A DNA stretch of 64,000 bases from Octopus sinensis (lineage: Eukaryota), in contig NC_042997.1 in assembly GCF_006345805.1 (NCBI RefSeq), positions 143,220,001 through 143,284,000 of the forward strand. Direction: 5' to 3'. The notes below the pieces were generated by a model. That model did not search any database, had not been told where the DNA came from, and saw only the letters and a program-made list of their open reading frames with translations. Made by a program: the position numbers and the translations under genes. Below, piece after piece: positions 50,211-64,000 of the stretch (positions are counted from its first letter, which is position 1; every line of letters starts with the position of its first letter).

Positions 50211-53200
50211 ATATATATCATATATATGTGTGGTAAGTAGCTTGTTTACCAACCACATGGTTCTGGATTCAGTCCCACTGCATGGCATCTTGGGCAAGTG
50301 TCTTCTACTATAGCCTCGGGCCGACCAAAGCCTTGTGAGTGGATTTGGTAGATGGAAACTGAAAGAAGCCTGTCGTATATATGTATATATATATATATAC
50401 GCGTGTGTGTGTGTTTGTCCCCCTAGCATTGCTTGACAACCGATGCTGGTGTGTTTAGCGGTTCGGCAAAAGAGACCGATAGAATAAGTACTGGGCTTAC
50501 AAAAGAATAAGTCCCGGGGTCGAGTTGCTCGATTAAAGGCGGTGCTCCAGCATGGCCGCAGTCAAATGACTGAAACAAATAAAAGAGTAAAAGAGTAAAG
50601 AGTAATATCATATATATTTATATATATATATATAATATATATATATCACCCAGTGTTAAAGGATAAAGAATATTTATTAACCATTCTTTATCCTGTAATG
50701 TTCTTCTCCACACCTACATTACAGTAACCAACCCATCCTCACTCTCTGGACTACCAAATTATCTCTTCTCATGCACTTTGCCTGTCTATCTGTACTGCGT
50801 TCCTGCAGCCTGCCCAAGCACATCATCTCTCTTCTTAGAACTCAGAATGTAAAGACAAGCAAAATGCCACTAAATATTTTGTCTAGTGTGCTTATGATTC
50901 AGCCAGCATGCCACTTTGTATTATATACGTAATAATAAAAATATATATTTGCACTTTATTGTGTTTTGTTATGCGTGTGTGATCCCCCTACCCATGAAGA
51001 AAATGGCCTTGTATAAAACTGGATTGTAGTGCCAAAAACATTAGGGACTGCTGACAGGCAAGACTATGGCTTCAAGCTTCTGGCCCAAATTATATATAAA
51101 AAATAGAATACATATATACAATATAATAACATTAACAAACCAATTACCAAATCTTACAAATTATATTTATCAGAACAGTGGCTTTAAAGTATGCAATTAA
51201 CTTTTCATCTACAATTTAGTATTTAATTTTTACATTCTTTTTACAATTGATTTCCACAAATTCATAATGCCTGATGACATTCCTACATTTATTGAAGGTA
51301 ACACTACACATTTTATAACAAACATCTCTGATTCTCAAACAAAATATAAAGTGTGTATAAAGATATACATGTGCAAAGATATTTTTAACATTTTCAATAA
51401 CAAAAAAACAATAAACCTGTATTTTCAAGCAAAAATACTTGTTAGTGTTTATATTGTTCCAAGTTGCACAGATGCTTCCTTGTCACTCTCATGATCATAA
51501 AATGCAGTGAACCAGTTAAGGACATTGGAAACATATAATCAACAATGCTATTGTTCATAAAATGAAGCATAAATTAATATATGTAGTTTCTCAGTTGGTT
51601 GTCCAGTGCATTATTGGATTCTACAATCTATGGTTTCTGACTCATCTTTACCAATAGTGGAATCTGTGATAAATGAAGGCGACAAGCTAGCAGAAACGTT
51701 AGCATGCCGGGTGAAATGTTTAGTGGTATTTCGTCTGTCTTTACGTTCTGAGTTCAAATTCCGCTGAGGTTGACTTTGCCTTTCATCCTTTCAGGGCCGA
51801 TTAAATAAGTACCAGTTACGCACTGGGGTTGATATAATCGACTTAATCTGTTTGTCTGTCCTCTCTGTGTTTAGCCCCTTGTGGGTAGTAAAGAAATAGG
51901 TATTTCGTCTGTCTTTACATTCTGAGTTCAAATTCTACCAAGGTCGACTTTGCCTTTCTAGGTTGATAAATTAAGTACCAGTTGTGTACTGGGGTCGATC
52001 TAATCAACTGGCCCCCTTCCTCAAAATTTCTGGCCTTGTGCCCAGAGTAGAAAAGGAATCTGTGATAAATGTTGCATTGTAGGGTTGAAATAGTCTTAAG
52101 CAGAAGCTAGAAGATTTCATTTTTCTAGAAAATCAAACATTTTTTAAATGAGAACTTGAGATTCCATTGCTTTTTATAATAATTCTAATAATTATTATTA
52201 TTGTGATGATGCATGGCTTAGTGGTTAGGGTTTGCATTCACGATCATGAGATCGTGGTTTCAATTCCTAGACTGGGTGGTGCATTGTGTTCATGAACAAA
52301 ACACTTTATCTCATGTTGCTCTGTGATCACTTCAACACCTGACACATGGTACACCGTGCACCTGTTCAGGTAATATTGACTTGATGGAAAGAGTGAGCTA
52401 ACATACAACACATACATTTGACTATTATAAACAAACCATTGTGCAAGTTGTTTGGCAAAAATAATAAAAAAAGAAATACTGAACACTTATACATTGTCTT
52501 TGATGGGAATCCATCATCATCATCATCAGTACTATTCTGTGAACTGGCAGAATTGTAAGCATGCCAGACAAAATGCTTAGTGGCACTTCATCCGTCTTTA
52601 TGTTTGGAGTTCAAATTCTGCCAAGGTCAACTTCATCTTTTTGGGGTTGACAAATTAAGTACCAGTGAAACACTGGAGTCAATTACATTGACCCCCAAAT
52701 TTCAGGCCTTGTGCCTATTGTAGAAAGGATTATTATTATTATAATTATTGAGTGAGAGAGCAGTGTATGCCATCAAAGTGACACTGGGGTACAATAATAC
52801 GAAGCCCAATATACCCATCATGACTACCCGTCTGATAAGGGTATACCAGACACATGCACCACAACTACATGTGTGCAACATGGTGATCTTTTATCAAGGT
52901 AAACACTGCATGACCTTGCAGGCAGGTCCCAGTTAAAATTTTTTTCAGGTCGAGTAACCCATGCCGCTCAGAAGGTCCTTGAATAATGTTTGTTTAAGGA
53001 TGATGAATGAAACACCCATGTTTCCAGAGATGTATTATTCAAATCCCAAAGAATTCCTTTCAAGACATGGCTATGATGCTCCCCCACTACTTCTGTTTGT
53101 AATCAGAGATGCACATATCATCAGCTACCAAGGGACATGCTCAACTGGTTAAGGTCAATCAACTGACAAGCAAATCTGTAGTATTGAGCAGAATATTTAC

Positions 53201-54003
53201 TGTAGCCTATCTTTTATACCAAGACAAAATAATGCACATGATAACACTTCCAGTCTTATTATCATTATCATCATCATTATTATTATTTTTTTCTATAAGC
53301 TTATCAATATATCTTACCTGCAGCAGCTGGGTGGAATTTGTTATACAGCTAATTTTGAATAAATAAATCCTGTTTCGAAATCAATTATTAAGGACATGCA
53401 CTAGATTTATAATTCAAGTAAAAAACATCAATCAAGTTAAATTTGTAATGTTTTGTTTGAATTTGTAACATGGAATGAGAGATTTATGTCAGTTTTAAAA
53501 TGATTAAAGAGAAGTACAATTATCGTGAGACAAGGGAAGCAGACACTTAGACACATGGGCATATATTCAAATCTTGCCACAGCGATTGTGTTGTTGTGAC
53601 ATAGTGGGTGATGTATCTCAAGTGAGAAGGATAAGTGATGTCAGGCGACAAAGTAGGTGAGTTGAGAAGTGCCGTTTTTGGACAGGTAGCTGGCAAGAAT
53701 GGATGTCTGGACAGGATCCTTTGGTATTCTAGCATCTGGTCAGTGGGCTGTACGGCAAATTCAAATCAACAGTTGAAGAATTCCTTTCAGAGTTGTTTAC
53801 CAAACCAAGATAAGAAACATTTTTGTTCTTTACACTTCAGTTATTTTAAAGCACTGTACTCAGCTTGCCTCAGTTTACCAAGTTAAAAAAAAAAAAAAAA
53901 AAAAAAAAAGGTGTGGTCCCATTTCAACAGAATATTTATCTAATACAAAGTATTTATCTAGTTGCAAGAAAATGGATTTTCCAACAATTTCTCTCTAAAT
54001 ATA

Positions 54004-54221
54004 TGAGGAGGTGCTGAAAAGTTCCTGGCTTTAAGGATAACATGAAAGGCCTGCTTGGGTGTCCAGACTTCCAAATTCTTTTACAGGGCTTAGAAAAACT
54101 GAAGGGAACACTGCAATAAGTGTGTGAGTCTGAGAGGGGAATATGTTGGATAAAATCATAATTAATTGATCCTCTGGTATTTTCTTTTATTCAAAGCCAG
54201 GCACTTTCAGCACCTACCTTG
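54004..54221 (+). mobile_element. Mariner-derived MITE retaining the transposase C-terminal tip
   Basis: TA|TGAGGAGGTGCTGAAAAGTTCCTGGCTTT ... AAAGCCAGGCACTTTCAGCACCTACCTTG|TA; internal QGLEKLK..HCNKCVSLRGEYVG*. Confidence 0.85.
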
Positions 54222-57200
54222 TAAACATTTATTAAGTTATTTGTAATAAGATTTGGAGGCTGCCATGTCTTCCAGATGTTTTCAAGCTTGTTTCTCTTGG
54301 TTGACCATTAAGCACAACTTCCAGTCTGATCTTTTAATACCTCTGCTTTTTGGTATCAGCTCTGTTCTTTCCTTGATCCTCTTCTCAATGACTTCATATT
54401 TATAACTTTATACCATTTTTCTCTTAATTCTTTAGTCAGGAGATGAAGGGTAGACCTCATGACCTTATTTAGGGTCTCTGAGACCCTAAATATCTGCAAA
54501 CAAGAGATTCTGGCCTGAATAATTATAATAGAGGGTCTGTCTTCAGACACTTAAGTACCTTTGTCAAAGGTACTTAAAGGATAGTTGATGATTGTGGTGC
54601 AAAGTGAGGTGATGGGTTCATTTCAGATTTTTCAGGTAAACTTATCAAAAATCTCACTTATTTTTTAATCTTTTAATTCCAGTGATTCCTTACAGGATGT
54701 CCAAGAGTGATAAGAGGGAGGGGTGAAGGTATTGTCAAATTGGAAATCTGTCTTGCATGCCTGCAAACAATGTGGACCTTCATTAAAGACACCCAAAACA
54801 CCAGGCAGTGGTGTTAAACCAGATGGAAGATTAAGTCTAAGAAAGTTTATTGATCTGCTTAGTATGGACATGGCATATATTGTGTTATTGATTTTTCTGA
54901 ATGCTATGCAGGATTGTGATGGGTAACATGGTTGACTGGAGCAAATCCATGTAAGATCACCAGATGTTTCTCACTGCAGTAGTCTCTTACTTCCCTTCTC
55001 TATAGGCAAGTCACAAAGCTCTACAAAAAGTCAAAGATACTGTCCTTCCCCCTGTGACTAAGTTATAAAATTAAATCTGCTGAGTGGTTGGTGTTAGGAA
55101 GAGCATCCAGCTGTAAAAATCCTGCCAAAACAGTCACAGAAGTCTTGTGCAGGCTTTGGCCTGGCTAGCTCTTGTGGTACCGTTCCACTCATGCTAGCAT
55201 GGAAGACAGACATTAAACGATGATGATGATGATAGACTTCAGTTTCTCCATGAAATCACATCAGACAATATACTTCTGAATAAATTTTGAGAAAAGAAAA
55301 TGAAAAATATAGGTGTAGGCATAACTGGGTAGTTAAGAAGATTATTTTCTAACCACATGGTTCCAGGTTCAGTCTCACTGTATGGCACCTTAGGCTAGTG
55401 TATTCTATTATAGCCCCAGGCTGACTATTACCCTGTGAGTGAATTTGGTACACAGAAGCTGTGTGGAAGCCTGTTGTCTATGGCTACTTGCTTAACTGTC
55501 TACCTATGTATGTACGTCCACGTGTGTGTGTTGTGTGTGTGTGTGCTTTCTTCCATGGCACTGCTTGACAACAACTGCTGGTTTGTTTAAGTTCCTGCAA
55601 CTTAGCTGTTCACCAAAAGAGACTGATATAATAAGTACATGGTTTAGAAAAAAGAATTAGTGCTAGGGTTAATTTGTTTCACTAAAATACTTCAAGGTGG
55701 TGCTCCAGCATGGCCACATTCCAATGGCTAAAATACTTAAAAGATAAAATATGTAGTTAAGTATGAAACAACAAATTTGAGGATTAATAGCTTACTCTGA
55801 TTCTAAGTATAAAGTGGTTGGTAAACAAATGCTGACAAGATAAGATTGGGAGCATTCTTTAGTCTTGCCAATGCTATGATGGGAAATAGATATTTTCGCA
55901 AAGCTGTTTTGGTACCATTTATTTGATACCAGATGATTTAAGGTTTGTACTTCTTTTAAAATGTCTCAAATTCTCAAAGGTAGTGAACTGAAAGAATTGT
56001 TAGCATACTGAGTAAAATGCTTTGTGGTATTTCATCCATCCTTATGTTCTGAGTTCTTATTCCACCAAAGTTGACTTTGTGTTTCATCCTTTTGGGGTCG
56101 ATAAAATAAGTACTAGTAGAGCACTGGGGTTCATGTAATCGACTTACACCCTCCCCTAAAACTGGTGGCCTTGTGCCAAAATTCGAAACCGATATTTCTC
56201 TTATTCTGTCCTTCATCCTGTGTGTGAGCATATTTCCCATTATGTACATGAAAAGAGGAAAAATGTTTGAGTCAATTGTGTTCAATTAATAGATTGTAAT
56301 GTCTCTCTCTCTCTCTTATCAGCTGTATGTGTATATTTGTGTCCTCATGCATTTGTGTGTTTGCCTCTATTGTCAAAAATGTGCTGTTGCCAAAACAGGC
56401 TGAATAACCAGTCAGCTGTTTGAAATCATGATCATTCAAACAGTCACTCCTAATTGTCTCATTCTGTGATAGGACAACCCTTCTTGTACCGGTGCCACAA
56501 TAACATACATTCAGTACACTCTGCAAAGTAGTTGGTATGAGGAAGGACAACCAACCAAATAAAAAAAACCCCTGCCAAAAGTGGAACATAGAAGCAAAAC
56601 AGGGTCATAGATTTCAACTCAGCCAAGAGAGGAGTAACTTCAAATGCAAATGACATTCTGTTCAGAATTACTATGCCAAATACACAATAAGTTGAATGCA
56701 TGATGGAATGTCTTAGCCATTTACAAATTACTGTGATAACCTAGCCAACACATACCAGACTAGAAACCAGACATAATTGATAATGATGATGAAATGATAT
56801 GAGAGAAATTGCTTAATTTATTATTTTGAATATAACAAAGATTAAATTTATTAATGTTTCTAGAGAAAACACAACAGACTATTTTGTGTATATGTATGTG
56901 TATTTGGTAATGGTGACGGGGAGAATTTGCTTTGCAGCCATTGTTCAAAGTCTGTGTTTGGATGGCACAACTTTTGTTGGAACAACTGTTTTTACAGATG
57001 GATGACCTTCTGACTGCTAACTACTCAACCATGAAATAGGGTGGAACCTGTTTCATATCAGTCAAACTGAAAAAGAGAATAGTGATGTGCCTTGGTTAGT
57101 CTCACAATGCTACAGCTGCAATGCTCTGCCTTGGTCTCATTACCATGTTATCAGTAGTCTAGTACCTTCACTGTCTTTCTGCTTTCCCTGACAAATCTCT

Positions 57201-59656
57201 CTAGGCTTATTTAACAGAAACATGACTGGGGTAAACTTTGTAGTCAAACCTCCATGCCAGGCAGGGTGGATATGTCTTGGTCATGACTAATGTGGCATGG
57301 GTATGGATGACTGGCATAATACCAAGATTAGATTTTTGGCATCCCCTCTTGAGAATAATCATGGACTAGATTGGTTGGGCTGGGGAGCCTTAAAATTGCT
57401 GAGGAGAAGGTAACACTAGTTTCAATTCCCAGGTAGATGGAGCTTGTGAGCATGAGCAGTACTGTCATTGTCTAACACAAAGGAACCCTGACAGAAAACC
57501 AGCTCTCCCACTTTAGATTCTGGAGGTTGGACAGTAGGCTAACCACATAATCATGAAAAAAAATCCTGATTTCAGAAACTTCAAACACTCAAAAGAATCT
57601 ACAACACCTTGGAGAGGGCAGTCTTTCCTAACCTGATGTGCTTGAGTGAAAGCCAAGAGGAAGCTCAGGTGCTGGTTACACCACTTGAGTGTGGGGTTAG
57701 GAATGTTGGTTTGCAATCACATAATTTCATGTTTGATTCCATTGCATGGAAGCTTCATTCAGGTGTTGACCTAAACGTTATAAGTGAATTTGGAGACATA
57801 GAAATTATGTCAAAGCTTTTTGGATTCTGCAAATGCTATTGGATTGCAGACCTAGTCCTCCACTGAGATTTGTATCTGTAAAGTGGTTGGTATTAGGAAG
57901 GGCATCTAGTCATAGAAACCAAGCTCAAAATAGAACCTAGGAGCAAGGCATACTCCTCGATCGATCCAGCAGAGCAGTAATTCCAAAAACAAATGACCTG
58001 TCCAATCCATGCCAGCATGAAAATTGAAAATAAAATGATGGCAATGGTGATGAAATGCAGGCAGGGAAATTGCTCTGGGTACCCTCAGTAGGATCCACCC
58101 TTTACAACATATCTCAATATGCTGTTCCCTACTGCAACAACCCATGAATTGTGATTTCTCTCTCCCTTTCTCCCCCCACCTCTTGGTCACTGAGATCTTG
58201 CAAAAAGGTCATGGATACTACCCTTACTCTTCTGATGAAGATTACCCCCCCCCCCCACCACCACCATCACCAATACAACCATATTTCCAATGAGAATAGA
58301 TTCTTTTATCCCTTGCTTGCTTCAGTCACTGGATTGCAGCCATTTTGGGGTATCTCCTTGAATAATTTAGTAGAACAAATTGGTCCCAGTACTTATGTTA
58401 TTTTAAAAGTCTGATACTTATTCTATTGGTCTCTTTTGCTGAACTGCTGGTCGGAGGAATAAATACAAATACAAACACACATATATGACAGGCTTCCACA
58501 CAATTTCCATCAACCAAATTCGCTCATAAGGAATTGGTTAGTCTGGGAGCAATAGTAGAAAACACTTGTCCAAGTTACTGTGCAGTGGGACTGAACCCAA
58601 AACCATGAGGCTACAATGCAGGCTTCTTAACCACACAGAGATGCTGGAGTCTTAGAAACATAATTAGTTTAAAAAAACATTCAAACAATCTCACAATTGG
58701 AGTTGTTTTAGTTGTTGTTTAACCCCAGGTCAGTTCCGATGAAGCAGTTTTTTTTTTAATTCATGAGATCTGGTGCTATTTTCAATGTTAACTCACCCAT
58801 ATTCTTTTACAATCTCTACCTTTATTGATTGGTTGCATCATTCTCCTACAATAGCTATTACTTGTTAGCTATTTTGATTTTATTTCCTCTGACTTCAATG
58901 TGAGTACTTAATATAGTGAAGAGTAACCTAATATTTAAAGACTTGGCATCCAGTTTGTACTATAGATTTTGTTTCAATAATTTCACTGATTGTCAAATTT
59001 TCTTACTCTTTTTTTCTTTTCCTCCTCTTTTTAATTTTTTAACACTGAAATATATTACAAAAACATCTAAATCAATGCTTTAAGTCATTGATCTATTGTT
59101 GGCATTACTACCACTCACTTCTGAGTTACTGTACATTTGCTCTGTGTTTAGTATATAAAAAAATGTTTTTAAGAAATAGTTCAATTTATATCTATATAGA
59201 CAGTTGGTTAAGAAGTTCGCTTTGAAATCATGAGGTTTAAGATTCAGTCCCACTGTGCAAACACCTTGGATAAGTATCTACTGTTATAGTCCCAGGTTAA
59301 CCAATGTACCTAGAGAGTGAATTTAGTAAATGGAAACTGTACAAAGCCCAGTATATCATCATCATCATTTAACATCTGTTTTCCATGATGGTATAGGTTG
59401 AAGGGTTTGTCAGGAGCTGGTAAGCCTGAGGACTGTGCCAAGCTCCAAAGTTGCTTTGGCAGGGTTTCTATGGTTAGATGCCCTTCCTAACATCAAAAAA
59501 TTTAGTGTATTGGTTGCTCTTTATGTGGCACCAGCACTTGTGAAATTATCAGGTAACTGGCAAGACAATGAGGGGTTGTAGTATTGAGGGAGATGGGTTT
59601 ATACCAGGTAGCTCACATCAGTATGAAAATGGGCCATATATATATATATACATATA

Positions 59657-59900
59657 TCTCTATATATATAAAACTGAGAATGTGTGTCTGTCTGTCTGTG
59701 TGTTTCCCTAAAACTTGAGAACTACACTACCAATTTCATTCAAATTTTACACATGCCTTACTTAGGGTCCATGTAGTTTCATGGGCAAAAAAATTTTCAA
59801 CTTCTTGCCTAGGGCGAGCCCATGCAATATCATATCTTCTCCACTATTTCAGTATTACGTGTTAAAAGTGAAACAAAAACATCTCTCTATTTTATGTCAG
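59657..59900 (+). mobile_element. Helitron/DINE-1-like non-autonomous element 5' end
   Basis: TC(TA)nAAA start followed by a short (GTCT)n tract, the layout of DINE-1/HINE-type elements. 3' end not located. Confidence 0.5.
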
Positions 59901-60096
59901 ATACTTTCACATTAACAATAAAAATAAGAGATAATAATAACAATTGAATTATATGTAGTAAGTAATAATTAAAATCAAACTAAAGTATGATATAATAATT
60001 AAATCGTAACATAACAATTAATAGTAAAAATAGCAATTGGTATAAAATTGCATCAATGACTTGAACTTGAATAAGTGGTTTCACATGAATGGGAAT

Positions 60097-61311
60097 AAAT
60101 AAAAAATAAAATTTAAGTGCAGAAATGGAAAAGTCCAGATGGAGCTGTGCACGGCTTTTACAGTAGATTATTTGCTAATTAGTTAGCATTAAGTATCTAT
60201 ATGAAGTTTGGCTGTATGTAATGTCTGTTTTCTTAAAAGATGCTTCTACTGAGTACTGCTGTTAGTTTATTTCTGATCCATAAAGGCCTATAGCTTCAAC
60301 AGAGTACTGCTTTTTGATTCACCGTAAGGTTTGTTGTTATTATTATTACTGTTTAACTATTGTTATCACGTTTGTTGGTTCCTCGTAAGGGAAGCATTGT
60401 TGTATTGCATTTGTTAAATAATTGTAAACCATAACCCTCCCCCTTTGGGAGAAGGAGCTTTGGTTATTGTTTAAAAATTGAATTGTGTCCCTGTTTGGGG
60501 AAATTGACAATATTTTCACCGTTTACATGGAAGCATTTTTGTTAAAATGTCTTTGATAGAAGAAAGTCCAAAAATGAATTTCGCTGCAGCCGTCAGCGAG
60601 CGGCGAACTCATTAAAATCAAAATGGAAGAAATACAAACCTATTTCGGATTGATCACCGACAAAGACGGTGAATCTAGGATAACATCACCAAATGAAATA
60701 AAAAATAAAATTTAAGTGCAGAAATGGAAAAGTCCAGATGGAGCTGTGCACGGCTTTTACAGTAGATTATTTGCTAATTAGTTAGCATTAAGTATCTATA
60801 TGAAGTTTGGCTGTATGTAATGTCTGTTTTCTTAAAAGATGCTTCTACTGAGTACTGCTGTTAGTTTATTTCTGATCCATAAAGGCCTATAGCTTCAACA
60901 GAGTACTGCTTTTTGATTCACCGTAAGGTTTGTTGTTATTATTATTACTGTTTAACTATTGTTATCACGTTTGTTGGTTCCTCGTAAGGGAAGCATTGTT
61001 GTATTGCATTTGTTAAATAATTGTAAACCATAACCCTCCCCCTTTGGGAGAAGGAGCTTTGGTTATTGTTTAAAAATTGAATTGTGTCCCTGTTTGGGGA
61101 AATTGACAATATTTTCACCGTTTACATGGAAGCATTTTTGTTAAAATGTCTTTGATAGAAGAAAGTCCAAAAATGAATTTCGCTGCAGCCGTCAGCGAGC
61201 GGCGAACTCATTAAAATCAAAATGGAAGAAATACAAACCTATTTCGGATTGATCACCGACAAAGACGGTGAATCTAGGATAACATCACCAAATGAAATAA
61301 AAAATAAAATT
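60097..61311 (+). repeat. Tandem duplication, period 599 bp
   Basis: 60122.. equals 60721..; no differences seen by eye. The junction shares aaataaaaaataaaatt. Confidence 0.95.
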
Positions 61312-61620
61312 AAAGAAAAGACTATTGTCTATAAAGTATACAATGTAGAGAAGAAAAAAAAAGATTTGAACACCTGGAGGAAAGCACCATTGAAAAGTGT
61401 CTTGGTGCGACTATGAAAGATATCAAGTATCTAACCAGAGGTGGTAAATTCGCCACAATAGAAGCAAGGTTTGAGTCAACGGAGCGTGCAAGAGAGTACT
61501 CGACTCGAACCTTGCAAAGTGGAAATATTTTATTTTAACCTTTATATCTGGGACGTAGGACGTCCCGGATAAAAATTTAAAATATCCCCCCAGAAGTAGA
61601 GGTAGGCTGGATTGTTTAAA
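61147..61620 (+). mobile_element. LINE-like ORF1 N-terminal relic
   Basis: MEEIQTYFGLITDKDGESRITSPNEIKNKIKEKTIVYKVYNVE, then frameshifted KYLTRGGKFATIEARFESTERAREYSTRTLQ...YLGRRTSRIKI*NIPPEVEVGWIV. Truncated by the Tc1 fragment. The family call is an impression only. Confidence 0.45.
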
Positions 61621-62095
61621 TTGGTGGGTTCTCCCGCTTGTGTAGCATAGTGCAGAGTCCTGTTGCTAGACATAGGGTCTTCCAGCTGCTACCCTCTTGA
61701 CCCAGGGCAGCATTACATCTTCCAGGCACTTCATGTAGGCCTCTATGTTGAGTCTGAGGCTGTGTTGGAAGATGAATGGAGGCATAGCATTGCCATCACT
61801 AGTGATCACTCCAAACACCATGATGTTGACTGGATGTTTGATTTTTATCACTCTTGGTACATGTTTTGGGGACAATCTGAAATGTTAGTATTGGAGCTTC
61901 TGGCGTGAATGCCAAACAGTACAGCATATCGTTACTAAATTTCTGGTAGAGTGAATTGTGTCATGAAGCTGTTTTTCTCTCAGGTGGTGCCTAACTGATG
62001 TTACTAGAGTGTGTAGTTGACAAAATCAAAAACAAGCAATGCACGTGCACGAAATTAAAAATATAAAATGGCGACAATTTACCCATCGCACCATG
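61621..62095 (-). mobile_element. Tc1/mariner (maT-like) transposase fragment with one TIR
   Basis: HPVNIMVFGVITSDGNAMPPFIFQHSLRLNIEAYMKCLEDVMLPWVKRVAAGRPYV. Terminus cgcaccatg|ta at 62087-62097. Confidence 0.85.
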
Positions 62096-64000
62096 TATAT
62101 ATGTGAATGTATGTATCTAGTGTGAATGGGGTGTATTAGTGTTAGTGTGTGTGTTTCAATGTTTACATTCAATACTCACACAAAAATTCCCTGAGGTATG
62201 AATAGTGAGTTCCGTTGACATTTCTCTGTCAATAAATCCTCCTGTAGCTCTGCCCTTTTGACAAAAAGCAGAAGGAAAACACCTTTACTTGAGAAACAGT
62301 TAAAGGTTAGCAACATGAAAGGCATTTGCCTGTAAAAACAATGCCTCAACTATATATTTTCATCTAATCTATGCTGGCATGGGAAAATGGACATAAAAAA
62401 ATGAATGAATTCTTTAGTTTAAACCCTGCTCTTATTATTTTACTCAACAAGACAACATTTTCACTTATTAAAAAAATGCAATTTCCACATTATATTTTCA
62501 GTGTGACTAAATCTTTTGATATATACATATACAATAATGCCTTGATATATGAGTTAAATTGTTTCTAGAGACCACTTGTAAAGCAAAATCTCACAAAGCA
62601 GAACAATAATTGCCCATAGTAGCAATGAAATTTTATGCTGTCATTTTACATGTAGATGCATCAGAAACTGTTGCCACATACAAAATGATTGTAAACCCGG
62701 GGTCTTGTAAAGCAGGTCCTCGAAAAATGAGGTATTACTGTACTTACATACATATGTATGTATATACATACATATATCTATCTATCTATCTATATATATA
62801 TATTGAGGGGAGGGTTGTTCCCAGTGATCTTGATATCAAAGGTATTTTATAAACAGAGATAACATTGTATGGCAAGGAAAATAGTTGTTGAAATAAAAAC
62901 ATTTCAAACAGGTATAATCACCCTGATATTTTGTTGTCACAAATGCTCTGCTATGCAAGCATTCAACACTCATAACTTATGAGTAGTATATATTTATAGT
63001 TAACCTATATTATTCTGCTATTGTTCTTACATATATATATAATAGGTTTTTACATTTTGTTATTAGGCTTGAAGACATTAAAGGATAAAGGCAGGGTAGT
63101 CAGTTCTTACAAAAGAGCAATGAATGAGTAATAAATATCACAACTATTACAACAAATTGTGTTCAGTGATGTATGAAAAAATGTATGTTTTTTGATCAGC
63201 TGAAACTGATTTAATTTTGCTATCTTTTCAGTTGATCTGTTTACCTTACTTATGTTAGTAATGTTGAAGGGTTGGGCATGAACGCTACTTTATCCTGTTC
63301 TCCACCCCTTTGCTTCCATAGACTACAGAAACTATGTTGCATTAAAAGAAACCTGTATGTCAACATTTTAAAGTGACTTGTATTTTAAAGGTCATGAATT
63401 GAACCGGAGGTAAATATTTTTGCTATCTAGATATAGAATAACTTATTGCTGGGGGGATGGGGGGCTTTAAGATTAATTAATCTTCATCATCATCATCATT
63501 TAACTTTCATGCTGGCATGGGTTTGATGGTTTGTCAGGAGCTGCACTAGGCCTCAGTTCTAAGTTCTGGCATGGTTTCTATGACTGGATGGCCTTCCTCA
63601 CCCCAACCACTTTACAAAGTATACTGGGTACTCTTACATGGTGCTGGCACAGGTGCTTTTTTAATTAATCACAAAAGTAGAATGCTAAGACAAAACATTA
63701 ATGATACCATTATTATTCTATAGCATATCTAAATGACCAAAGTGTTTATCTCTAGTTCAGTTTATGACTTAACTAAATAGCAGAATATTAGCTTATATTT
63801 TCAAATGTCCAAAGATGTTATGGTCCAAGTCCAATGAGAATGGCAATGGTTCCTTAATTTCCTTAAGATTTTATCTGTAAAGGGATCATATTTTCTCATT
63901 TACTTAAACATGAATTGTCTCATCTTTGGCATTATAATTCAATAGTTAAAGTTCTACTTTTTCTTTTTTGGATAAGGCTAAGTCTCTTATAGAAGGGAGA

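Noticed and set aside
53400-53909. Unique-looking segment ending in a 25-nt poly(A), possible retrocopy
   Set aside because: No parent protein recognisable, no TSD found, and the translations look more like decayed LINE sequence.
62610-62745. Exon-like segment / ORF 62610-62852
   Set aside because: The right end on the minus strand (ta|cagtaatacctc) resembles a Tigger-type TIR, so a transposon relic is more likely.

Overview
AT-rich, repeat-dense eukaryotic DNA. The SINE families, the RTE tails ending in (ATG)n and the dense (TA)n/(CA)n/(TATG)n microsatellites look like an octopod cephalopod genome (inference from repeat recognition, no database search run). I could not identify any complete host protein-coding gene. 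The first ~3.6 kb keeps CpGs and holds a promoter-like region with two RFX X-box-like motifs and a candidate first exon. From ~3.9 kb on, CpGs are depleted except in young insertions, consistent with a long methylated gene body or intron. Most long ORFs in the track are low-complexity artefacts or transposon relics: RTE, R4/Dong-like RLE, LINE ORF1, two hAT, mariner, Tc1, a solo LTR nested in a Tigger-like MITE, piggyBac/hAT/mariner MITEs and a Helitron/DINE-like end. Best finds: (1) a non-coding ~354-bp-unit element at 43235-44026 carrying a minimal type I hammerhead ribozyme on both strands, in an inverted + tandem Penelope/retrozyme-like arrangement between (TA)n tracts; (2) further, sequence-unrelated hammerhead-like motifs at 48366-48413, 21172-21207 and 4452-4486; (3) RLE-type retrotransposon fragments sitting at (TATG)n microsatellites; (4) an old inverted duplication (8025-9470 vs 14462-14745) that preserves a splice-signal-bounded 15-nt microexon-like unit.
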